Assembly (NCBI GenBank): GCA_003161045.1
Contig: PMPH01000019.1
Span: forward strand, 1,925-65,924
Length of the DNA: 64,000 bases
From: Acidobacteriaceae bacterium
Lineage (GTDB): Bacteria; Acidobacteriota; Terriglobia; Terriglobales; Acidobacteriaceae
Reading direction: 5' to 3'
In this document: one piece after another, positions 19,448 through 28,422 of the stretch
Numbering within the stretch: the stretch's first letter is position 1
How the letters are laid out: each line of letters starts with the position of its first letter
Made by a program: the position numbers and the translations under genes
Notes under the pieces: generated by a model
What the model saw: only the letters and a program-made list of their open reading frames with translations
What the model was told of the DNA's origin: nothing
The model's database searches: none

Positions 19448-19518
19448 TGGCAAAGCCTTTGCTGCCTGCGCCGGCAAATAAAAAGCCGCACTATTGCGAA
19501 TTTGGCACGGTTCGTGCA
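19448..19518 (+). promoter_or_regulatory. Two tandem sigma54 promoter matches for the Fe-S/aor2 operon
   Basis: TGGCAAAGCCTTTGCT (19448-19463) and TGGCACGGTTCGTGCA (19503-19518). Confidence 0.75.
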
Positions 19519-19676
19519 TCATAATAAGTCGCGCGCGCGGCGAAGCCCTGCTCCAGACGGTCATGCTCCAGGCGATCATGGCGGGGAATAGAGAATGCCG
19601 GTCCAGCCCTTGACGCCATCTTCGTCGCCTGCCGGGGTGCGATCAAGGCAGCTTGCAGCGCCGAAGTGGAGAAGTT

Positions 19677-20159
19677 ATGGCCAAGGTTTTTATGATTCAT
19701 CCGGAGCGCTGCACCGGGTGTCAGAACTGCCGCATGGCTTGCAGCTTCAGCCACGAAAATCAGTTTCGCCCCGCCGCGGCCAGAGTGCACGTTTTCACCT
19801 CCGAGCGGGAGGGCTACTCGGTTCCGATGATGTGCCAGCAGTGCGACGCGGCCCCGTGCATGAAGGTCTGCCCGACCGGAGCTCTTTATCGCGCCCAGGG
19901 CAGCACGCTGGTCGAGTATGCGCGCGCCAAATGCATGGGCTGCCGTATGTGCACTATGGCCTGCCCGTTTGGCAGCGCGGTCTATGACAGCGTAACCGAG
20001 TCGATCCTGAAGTGCGATACCTGTGGCGGGGAACCGGCCTGCGCGCTGTTCTGCCCTACCCAAGCCATTGAATTCATTGAGGAAAACATCTCCACCCGCA
20101 CGCGAAGAAGAGCCTTCGCCGCCAAGTTCAAGTCGGCTTTCGAGGGAGCGCGGCCATGA
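19677..20159 (+). CDS. Four-cluster 4Fe-4S protein (AorA/DmsB/HydN-like electron-transfer subunit)
   Basis: CTGCQNCRMAC, CQQCDAAPCMKVCP, CMGCRMCTMACP, KCDTC...CALFCP; ATGA overlap with aor2. Confidence 0.92.
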   Translation: MAKVFMIHPERCTGCQNCRMACSFSHENQFRPAAARVHVFTSEREGYSVPMMCQQCDAAPCMKVCPTGALYRAQGSTLVEYARAKCMGCRMCTMACPFGSAVYDSVTESILKCDTCGGEPACALFCPTQAIEFIEENISTRTRRRAFAAKFKSAFEGARP

Positions 20160-21976
20160 ACGGATGGAGCGGCACGATTCTGCGCGTCAATCTCTCGACC
20201 GGAACTGTCTCGACGCAGCCCACCAATCTGAAGGACGCGGTGCTCTATATCGGGGCGCGCGGACTGGGCGACAAGCTCTATATCGACGAAGTGGACGCGC
20301 GGGTTGACCCGCTTTCCCCGGACAATAAAATTGTCTTCGCGCCGGGCCCCTTCTCGGGCACCCTCGCGCCCTCGGGCGGACGCTATCATGTGGTCACCAA
20401 AGGGCCGCTGACGGACGCCATCGCCGGATCGAACGCGAGCGGCCTCTTCGGGCCGGAGTTGCGCTACGCCGGCTACGACGCGCTGATCGTCGAGGGCAAG
20501 GCTCCGGAGCCGGTTTACCTGTGGATCAAGGACGATGTGGTGGAAATCCGCAAGGCCGCGCATCTGTGGGGCAAATGGGTTCCCGAGACGACGGAGATGA
20601 TCCAGGCCGAGACCGATCTCGACGCCCGGGTGGCCTGCATCGGGCCGGCCGGCGAAAAACGGGTTCTGTTTGCGTCGATCATGAACGACGTGCACTCTGC
20701 GGCGGGCCGGTCGGGGGTGGGCGCGGTCATGGGCTCGAAGAACCTCAAGGCCATCGCGGTATACGGAACCAAACCGATCAAAGTGGCGCATCCCAGGGCC
20801 TTCCGGGAGGCTATTTTGGAGGCGCGCGAGACGGGAAACAGAAATTCGGCCGGGGGCGCGGGGCTGAAGGCGTACGGCGTCGATGTTCCGCTCGACACTC
20901 TCAATGAGCTCGGCTCGCTGGCCGCGAATAACTTCCAGCAGAGCTATATTCCTGCCGCCGGCAAGGGCGATCACCTCTCCGCATCGCCCAGTAGCCCGGC
21001 TCGTCCCAGGGGCTGCTACTCCTGCGTAATGAGGTGCGGACGCATCAGCAAGGTCAAGAATCCCGGCTATGCGAGCCAAATCGCGGAGCAGGCGCAGGAG
21101 GAGGGCCTGTCAGTTGCCTTCGATCGTGGCGCCTTCGATCACGGCATCGATAACACTGCCGCCATGATTCAGAGCAATCAGATTTGCGACGAGATGGGCA
21201 TGGACCCGATCTCGCTGGGGGCGACCGTGGCCTGCGCGATGGAGATGTTCGAGGCGGGCATTATCACGGTGAAGGACACAGACGGCCTAGACCTGAGCTT
21301 CGGCAACTCCGCGGTAATGGTCGATCTGACGCGGAAGATCGGGCTGCGCGATGGCTTTGGCAACAAGCTCGCGGTGGGCTCCTATCGCTTCGCCAACTCC
21401 TACGGGCATCCGGAGTTTTCGATGACCGTGAAGAAGCAGGAGATTCCGCCCTACGATCCGCGCGGCATTCAGGGCATCGGCCTGGAGTACGCCACCTGCA
21501 ACCGCGGCGGATGCCACACCAAGGGCTACACGGTGGCGGTAGAAGTGCTGGGCTTCGGGGATAGCCGCGATCCTCACGCCACGGCCGACAAACCCTTCTG
21601 GGTGAAGCTATTCCAGGATCTGACGGCGGCCATCGACGCCTCCGGCGGGTGCATCTTCGGGACCTCGGGCCGGGGTGGGGAAAACTACGCGGCGCTGCTG
21701 ACCGCGCTTACCGGGGTCACTTACTCGACGGAGGAATACGTCAAGGCCGGCGAGCGGATCTGGAATCTGGAGAGGCTCTTCAACCTGCAGGCGGGATTCA
21801 CCAGCAAGGACGACCAGTTGCCCTCGCGCTTCACTACCAGCCCGATCAGCAGCGGCCCCGCCAAGGGGCAGATCAGCCATGTACCGGAGATGCTCACCGC
21901 GTATTACAAGCTGCGCGGATGGGATGAGGACGGCATGCCCACCCAGGAGCGGCTGCGCGAGCTGCAACTTGGCTAA
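20156..21976 (+). CDS. aor: AOR sensu stricto homologue with degenerate active-site segment (AOR2)
   Basis: ILRVNLSTG, VDPLSPDNK, GGRYHVVTK.PLT, GVGAVMGSKNLKAIAV, CYSCVMRCGR, CDEMGMD, YDPRG, NRGGCH, ERIWNLERLFN, YYKLRGW; no GPEYE. Confidence 0.92.
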   Translation: MNGWSGTILRVNLSTGTVSTQPTNLKDAVLYIGARGLGDKLYIDEVDARVDPLSPDNKIVFAPGPFSGTLAPSGGRYHVVTKGPLTDAIAGSNASGLFGPELRYAGYDALIVEGKAPEPVYLWIKDDVVEIRKAAHLWGKWVPETTEMIQAETDLDARVACIGPAGEKRVLFASIMNDVHSAAGRSGVGAVMGSKNLKAIAVYGTKPIKVAHPRAFREAILEARETGNRNSAGGAGLKAYGVDVPLDTLNELGSLAANNFQQSYIPAAGKGDHLSASPSSPARPRGCYSCVMRCGRISKVKNPGYASQIAEQAQEEGLSVAFDRGAFDHGIDNTAAMIQSNQICDEMGMDPISLGATVACAMEMFEAGIITVKDTDGLDLSFGNSAVMVDLTRKIGLRDGFGNKLAVGSYRFANSYGHPEFSMTVKKQEIPPYDPRGIQGIGLEYATCNRGGCHTKGYTVAVEVLGFGDSRDPHATADKPFWVKLFQDLTAAIDASGGCIFGTSGRGGENYAALLTALTGVTYSTEEYVKAGERIWNLERLFNLQAGFTSKDDQLPSRFTTSPISSGPAKGQISHVPEMLTAYYKLRGWDEDGMPTQERLRELQLG

Positions 21977-22220
21977 TGAAGAAATTCATGCCGGTGATGA
22001 TGCGGAACGGCTGACCGAGCTGAGTTCCTGCCCCGTGTGCGGAAAGCCGGTGCGGCTGGCCAGCGAGGAGTTGCTGCGCACGGCCTTCGACTGCATCAAA
22101 GAAGAAACCCGCCAACTGCTCGGGCTCTGCGAACGCTGCCGGAGGCGCGAAGTGCAACGGAAGCTGATCGCCGCATCGGGCGATGGAAAAGCGAAAAAGA
22201 GAACCGCTAATCTCCTCTAA
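21969..22220 (+). CDS. Small CxxC...CxxC metal-binding protein
   Basis: TTG start overlapping the aor2 stop (start uncertain); CPVCGKP and LCERCRR. Confidence 0.6.
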   Translation: MANEEIHAGDDAERLTELSSCPVCGKPVRLASEELLRTAFDCIKEETRQLLGLCERCRRREVQRKLIAASGDGKAKKRTANLL

Positions 22221-22535
22221 ACCTGCTAGAATTGGCAACGTGTTTTAACGGAGCGAGCATCACCGGCTCGCGCGTTCTGCACAGATAGCTCTGAAGCCGC
22301 AAGGTCTTTTGAGCCGCGGTGCAGTTTGAGCGGCAGTCCGGTTTACGCGGCGTGCAGTTTGTGCATGGCACAATTTGAGAACAGTATCGTTTAAACGACA
22401 GTACAGTTTGACAGGCCGTGAGATAATTCCGGCACGGGCTTGGTCTGAAGTTAAGCGCGAAAAAGATTGGCAACCCACGAACAAGATTGGCAACTGAAAG
22501 GCTATTCCCTGAAATTCAATTCGTTGAGGTGCTCC

Positions 22536-23414
22536 ATGAAGTTGAAACTCGCACTGGCCGCGCTGGCGGTTGCGTCCCTCTGTTCCTTTGCCACGGCGGA
22601 GGATCATCTGAAGATGTCCACGACAACCTCGACCGAGAACTCGGGACTGTTGACCGTCCTGTTGCCGCCCTTTGAAAAAGAGTGCGGATGCAAGGTCGAC
22701 GTGATCGCGGTGGGCACGGGCAAGGCTCTGAAACTGGGCGAGACCGGCGATGTCGACGTGGTGCTGGTTCATGCGCGCGGGCTGGAAGACAAGTTTGTCG
22801 CCGCCGGCTTCGGCATCAATCGCCGCGACGTGATGTACAACGACTTCGTGGTGATCGGCCCGCCCAACGATCCGGCCGGCCTGCGGGAAACCACCTCGGC
22901 GGTTGATGCCTTCAAGCGCATTGACGCTACGCATTCCACCTTCATCTCGCGCGGCGACAACTCCGGCACCGATGTGAAGGAGAAGCAAATCTGGTCGGCC
23001 GCCGGCATTACGCCCTCCGGCGCCTGGTACCGCTCGGCCGGGCAAGGCATGGGAGAGGTCATCAACATGGCGACCGAGTTGCGCGGTTATACGCTGGCCG
23101 ACCGGGGAACCTATAACGCCTTTCGCCATGGAAAGACCGACCTGGTGATTCTCTATGACGCCAACCGCGGACTGGAGCGGCCCGGCGCGCCCGCGCCCCG
23201 GCTTACCGTCGATCAGGTCCTGGCCCGCGCAGGCGCCAATGGGCTCTTGAACCCCTACGGCGTGATCGCGGTGAACCCGAAGAAGTTTCCCTGGGTGAAA
23301 TTCGATCTGGCCATGAAGTTCGAGGACTTCATCACCGGGCCCGAGGGACAGAGCATTATCGCCAACTACCACGTGCAGGGCGACCCAGTCTTCTTCACCT
23401 TCAAGGAGAAGTAG
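22536..23414 (+). CDS. tupA: Tungstate ABC transporter substrate-binding protein
   Basis: Signal peptide, diagnostic TTTS motif, GTGKAL, VLVHA, VMYNDF, FISRGDNSGT, NPYGVIAVNP. Confidence 0.95.
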   Translation: MKLKLALAALAVASLCSFATAEDHLKMSTTTSTENSGLLTVLLPPFEKECGCKVDVIAVGTGKALKLGETGDVDVVLVHARGLEDKFVAAGFGINRRDVMYNDFVVIGPPNDPAGLRETTSAVDAFKRIDATHSTFISRGDNSGTDVKEKQIWSAAGITPSGAWYRSAGQGMGEVINMATELRGYTLADRGTYNAFRHGKTDLVILYDANRGLERPGAPAPRLTVDQVLARAGANGLLNPYGVIAVNPKKFPWVKFDLAMKFEDFITGPEGQSIIANYHVQGDPVFFTFKEK

Positions 23415-23417
23415 CGA

Positions 23418-24113
23418 GTGGGTTTTATTTCAGATTCACTCCGGGAGGCGCTGGCTCTGATTCTCGCGGGAGACCGCGAGGTCTTCACCGCCGTCCTGAC
23501 ATCGCTCGATGTTGCCGTCTGGTCGGTGATCTTCGCCTCCATTGGCGGCGTTCCAGTGGGCATTGCCGTGGCGCTGGGCAAGTTCCCGATGATGGGCGCG
23601 ATTCGGGTCTTGCTGAACAGCCTCATGGCGATGCCGACGGTGGTGGTCGGGCTGGTGGTGTACGGATTTCTCAGCCGCATGGGGCCGTTTGGCTCGCTGG
23701 GGCTGCTGTTCACGCCGCAGGCCATTATCATCGGCGAGACGGTTCTCGCCATGCCGGTGGTGGCAAATTACACCGTGGCGGCGATTCAGGGGGCCGATGA
23801 AAGGATTCTTCCCACGGCCCTCACCCTGGGCGCCAGCCGCTTTCAGAGCCTCTGCCAGTTGACGCGCGAGGTGCGCTTCGGGGTCGTCGCCGCGATCATC
23901 GCGGGCTTTGGCAGAGTGATCGCCGAGGTCGGCGTGGCGATGATGCTCGGCGGCAACATCCGTTTCTTTACGCGCACCATGACGACCGCCATTGCGCTGG
24001 AGACCAGCAAGGGAGAGTTTGCCTTCGGCTTGGCCCTGGGCGTGATCCTGATGAGCGTTTCGCTGGCGGTGAATATCTTCCTCACACTCGCGCAAGAAAG
24101 CCACAGCGCATGA
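23418..24113 (+). CDS. tupB: Tungstate ABC transporter permease
   Basis: PTVVVGLVVY..LSR.GPFG, GFGRVIAEVG..MMLGGNI, TRTMTTAIALET.KG. Confidence 0.95.
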   Translation: MGFISDSLREALALILAGDREVFTAVLTSLDVAVWSVIFASIGGVPVGIAVALGKFPMMGAIRVLLNSLMAMPTVVVGLVVYGFLSRMGPFGSLGLLFTPQAIIIGETVLAMPVVANYTVAAIQGADERILPTALTLGASRFQSLCQLTREVRFGVVAAIIAGFGRVIAEVGVAMMLGGNIRFFTRTMTTAIALETSKGEFAFGLALGVILMSVSLAVNIFLTLAQESHSA

Positions 24114-24829
24114 GCATTGCAAAGTACCGACTCAGCTCCATTCAGGCAATGCATGGCAAAACCGTCAGCCTGACCATCGATGAACTTAGCATCGCCGCCG
24201 GAGAGCTTCATCTTCTGGCGGGCTCCAACGGCTCGGGAAAGAGCACGCTGCTGGGCATTCTGGCCTTCCTCAACAAACCGCAGCAGGGAACGGTCTATTT
24301 TGACGGCACGCCGGTGAGCTGGGAGCCGAAAGAGTGCGCTGCCTTGCGCCGGCGGGTCACCTTGCTTCACCAGACCCCCTACCTGTTCTCCGGCACCGTG
24401 GCCGCCAATGTCTCCTTCGGCCTGGTGGCGCGCGGCGTAGGCAAGGAAAGCGCGCAGAGCGCGGTGCGGGAGTCGCTGGAACGGGTTGGCCTGGAGGGCT
24501 TTGAATTGCGTAAGGCCCGGCAGCTCTCCGGCGGTGAGAGCCGTCGCGTGGCCCTGGCGCGGGCCTTGGCCTGCAAATCCGAGGCGCTGCTGCTGGATGA
24601 ACCCTTTGCCAATGTGGACCGGGCCAGCGCCGCCCTGCTGGAGTCCGTGGTCGCTTCTCTTGTGGCCGGCGGCATGACCGTCGTGATTTCCAGCCACGAC
24701 GAGCTTTTAGGCGCCAAGCTGGGAGCCAGGGTGATCCGCCTCGAAGACGGAAAGCTGGACGGGACGCCAGGGCCATCGCCATCCGAAGAATTTCCGCGCC
24801 AGACAGGGAGAGAGAATGCCGTCTCTTGA
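24110..24829 (+). CDS. tupC: Tungstate ABC transporter ATPase
   Basis: GSNGSGKST, LSGGE, LLLDEP, SSH; in operon with tupAB. Confidence 0.9.
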   Translation: MSIAKYRLSSIQAMHGKTVSLTIDELSIAAGELHLLAGSNGSGKSTLLGILAFLNKPQQGTVYFDGTPVSWEPKECAALRRRVTLLHQTPYLFSGTVAANVSFGLVARGVGKESAQSAVRESLERVGLEGFELRKARQLSGGESRRVALARALACKSEALLLDEPFANVDRASAALLESVVASLVAGGMTVVISSHDELLGAKLGARVIRLEDGKLDGTPGPSPSEEFPRQTGRENAVS

Positions 24830-26030
24830 AGAAGCACGCCGCTTGATTCTCGAGCGCGCTCATACGCTGGGGAATGAATCGGTCGAGTTGATCGATTCCA
24901 TGGGCCTGGTCACCGCCAAGGAGATTGCCGCGCCGTGGCAGATGCCGATGTGCGACAACTCGGCGATGGACGGCTTTGCCGTGCGCCGGGCCGACTGCCA
25001 GGACCAGGCCCGTCTGCGCATTACCGGATTCATTCCCGCCGGCTCGCTGGAAGAGGTTCAGCTCGATCCGGGCTGCGCGGTGAAGGTCATGACCGGCGCG
25101 CGGATTCCCGCCGGCTGCGATGCGGTTGTTCCTTACGAGCACACCGAAGGCCGCGACGAATTTGTGACCATCAAGGCCCCGGTGCGCGAGCATCAGCACA
25201 TTCGCTTTGCCGGCTCGGATCTGCGCTGCGGCGAGATCGTCCTTCCGGCGGGGACTGTGATTCGCGCGCCGGAGATCAGCATGATGGCCTCGTTCAGCAT
25301 GAGCCACGTGACGGTTTTTCGCCGCCCCAGGGTGGCGATACTCTCGACGGGCGACGAGTTGGTCGAGTTGGGCGAGCCCGTCGTGCCGGGCAGGATCGCC
25401 GACAGCAACGGAGTGGCGCTGGCGGCGATGGTCAAATCCTCTGGCGCGGTGGTGGAGCTGCTGGGCATCGCCCGCGATACGCACGCCAGCCACGTCGCCA
25501 AAATGAGCCTCGGACTTCAGGCCGACATCTTCATCACCTCGGCCGGAGTCTCGGTTGGAGATCGCGACCTGGTGCGCGAGGTGCTCACTGAAATGGGCAT
25601 GGAGCAGGTCTTCTATTCGATCGAGGCGCGGCCCGGCGGCCCCACCACCTTCGGAGTCAAGGGCGACCGGCTGATTTTTTGCCTGCCGGGGAACCCAGTG
25701 GCGTCGATGATCGTTTTCGACGAACTGGTGAAGCCCGCAATCCTGAAGGCAATGGGTTATAAACGCATCCTCCCGCCGGTGATTCGCGCGGTTTTACAGG
25801 AAGATGTGGCCAAAAAACCGGGTCTGGCCAAGTTTCTGAGGGTTCGGCTGGAGCCCGGCGGCGAGAGATTCCTGGCCTATAGCTCGGGCGCGCAGACCAC
25901 CGGAATGCTGAAGACGCTGGCGCGCGCCGACGGGATTGCCGTGCTCCCCTCGGAGCGGTCATCGTACAGCGCCGGCGACGAAGTGGACGTGCACCTGATT
26001 TCAGACCACGTGCTCCGGCTTGAAGCGTAG
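24816..26030 (+). CDS. moeA: Canonical molybdopterin molybdo/tungstotransferase (gephyrin-like)
   Basis: DNSAMDGFAV, MTGA.IP.G.DAVV, STGDEL, DSN, SAGVSVGDRD, LPGNPVA. Confidence 0.95.
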   Translation: MPSLEEARRLILERAHTLGNESVELIDSMGLVTAKEIAAPWQMPMCDNSAMDGFAVRRADCQDQARLRITGFIPAGSLEEVQLDPGCAVKVMTGARIPAGCDAVVPYEHTEGRDEFVTIKAPVREHQHIRFAGSDLRCGEIVLPAGTVIRAPEISMMASFSMSHVTVFRRPRVAILSTGDELVELGEPVVPGRIADSNGVALAAMVKSSGAVVELLGIARDTHASHVAKMSLGLQADIFITSAGVSVGDRDLVREVLTEMGMEQVFYSIEARPGGPTTFGVKGDRLIFCLPGNPVASMIVFDELVKPAILKAMGYKRILPPVIRAVLQEDVAKKPGLAKFLRVRLEPGGERFLAYSSGAQTTGMLKTLARADGIAVLPSERSSYSAGDEVDVHLISDHVLRLEA

Positions 26031-27476
26031 AGCTGAAGACTGCTGCGCTGCCGGGGCCAGAGGCAGGGTGAAGCGGAAGGCGGCGCCGGAGCCGAGTTCG
26101 CTTTCGGCCCAGATGCGTCCGCCGTGGGCCAGGACGATGTGCTTGACGATGGCCAGCCCGAGGCCCGTGCCTCCAGACTCGCGGGAGCGGGCCTTGTCGA
26201 TGCGGTAAAAGCGCTCGAAGATGCGCACGAGGTGCTCGGAGGCGATGCCGGGGCCGAAGTCCTGGACGCTGAATTCGACTTCAGAGGCAGGGTTGGGGGC
26301 AGCTTCGGAGGCGGTTTCAGCTTCCAGCAGCCGCGCGCCGACCCGGATTCGCTTGCCGGCCTTGCCGTACTTCAAGGCGTTTTCTATCAGGTTGCCGAAG
26401 ACCTGGTTCATGGCGTCGGGATCGGCCAGAACCAGCGAATCGGGCGCGCCCGCCGATTCCAGCTCCACGCCGGCGTCGGCCACGATGCCGCCCAGCGACT
26501 CGATGGCGTCCTCCAGCAGCGCGCTGGCCCGCGTAGGTTGAAGCGCCAGCTTGTAGTCCGGGCTCTCGAGGCTGGCCAGGGCAAGCAGATCCTCAGTAAG
26601 GCGGTTCATGCGGGTGGCGTTCTTGAGGATGATGCCGAGAAACTCGCGGGTGGTTTTGGGATTGGACCGGGGAGCCTCGACCAGCGTCTCGACGTAGCCC
26701 TGGATGGAGGTCAGCGGGGTGCGCAGCTCGTGGCTGACGTTGGCGATGAAGTCGCGGCGGGATCTTTCCGCGGCCTCGACGCGGGTGACGTCATGGAGCA
26801 CGGCCAGCGCGCCGCCGGTGGGCAAGGGAGCGGCGTTGATCTCGAAGACGCGGCCGGGGACGAGCGAGCTGGCGCGGCCGTAACGGACCCCACGCTCGTC
26901 GAGCGCCGCCTTCACACAGGCCAGCAGTTCGGGGTCGCGGACGGAGTGGACCAGCGGCCGCCCGATGCGAATCTGCGTGCCGGCGATGCGCTGCATCTGG
27001 GCGTTGGACCAGCAGACCAGCCCCTCGGAGGTGATGGCGACCACCGCCTCCTGCATCGCATCGAGCATGGCGGCCAGCTCCCGGCAGCGACTTTCCATTT
27101 CGGCAAAACTCTTGCCCAGCCGCGCGGCGGCCTGGTTCAGCGCGGCCTCCATGGTCGCGAATTCATCCAGGTTGCGGGCAGCGGTGAGCCGGGCGCTCAA
27201 CTCGCCATCGGCGATGCGCCGGGCAAAGGCGGTTACGCTCTCAAGCCGCACGCGCAGGCGCCAGGCGATCCAGGCCGCCAGCGGCAAAGCCACGGCCAGC
27301 GCGATCAGGCCAGCCCACAGCGCCGCGCCGCCCAGCAGAGAGAGGCTCTCCGCGGCCGTGAGCCTCGTTCCGCCGGCAGAGAGCAGGCGGCTGAAGAGAA
27401 ACTCCATCGCCACGGCGTAGACAAACAGCGGCAGAACGAAGAGGCCAAGCAGCTTGGTGAAGAGTTTGCGGGTCAA
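26001..27476 (-). CDS. phoR: PhoR-like sensor histidine kinase (HAMP-PAS-HisKA-HATPase)
   Basis: RRDFIANVSHELRTPLTSIQGYVETL, NLIENALKY, RIFERFYRIDKARSRESGGTGLGLAIVKH. Confidence 0.85.
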   Translation of the reverse strand: MTRKLFTKLLGLFVLPLFVYAVAMEFLFSRLLSAGGTRLTAAESLSLLGGAALWAGLIALAVALPLAAWIAWRLRVRLESVTAFARRIADGELSARLTAARNLDEFATMEAALNQAAARLGKSFAEMESRCRELAAMLDAMQEAVVAITSEGLVCWSNAQMQRIAGTQIRIGRPLVHSVRDPELLACVKAALDERGVRYGRASSLVPGRVFEINAAPLPTGGALAVLHDVTRVEAAERSRRDFIANVSHELRTPLTSIQGYVETLVEAPRSNPKTTREFLGIILKNATRMNRLTEDLLALASLESPDYKLALQPTRASALLEDAIESLGGIVADAGVELESAGAPDSLVLADPDAMNQVFGNLIENALKYGKAGKRIRVGARLLEAETASEAAPNPASEVEFSVQDFGPGIASEHLVRIFERFYRIDKARSRESGGTGLGLAIVKHIVLAHGGRIWAESELGSGAAFRFTLPLAPAAQQSSALRFKPEHVV

Positions 27477-27482
27477 AGCAGC

Positions 27483-28181
<699 letters not shown>

Positions 28182-28422
28182 CCGGTCTGCCCTCGCCCGG
28201 CGGCCGTTCAACTTCAGATGCGGAGGCCGCACGGAATTATTAACAGAGTACTGCACGCAAGCAAAGAGATTGCAAACGCTGTGTGAATTTGACCAAATTG
28301 CAAAACTTTCAGAAGCCTTGCAGCCGCGCCGATCCGCGCCGCAACGACAAACGCCTTCCATGATTTACGCTAAATGCGCGGGCCCGGCCTTCACTCTTCC
28401 GAGCGCCCTGAGGGAGGCTTGC

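Noticed and set aside
20156-21976. AOR2 as class II benzoyl-CoA reductase BamB, or as a frameshifted pseudogene
   Set aside because: The sequence follows AOR sensu stricto, no bam partner genes are present, and the ORF is full length without stops; an out-of-frame GAGGGP near 21091 is not followed by EYE
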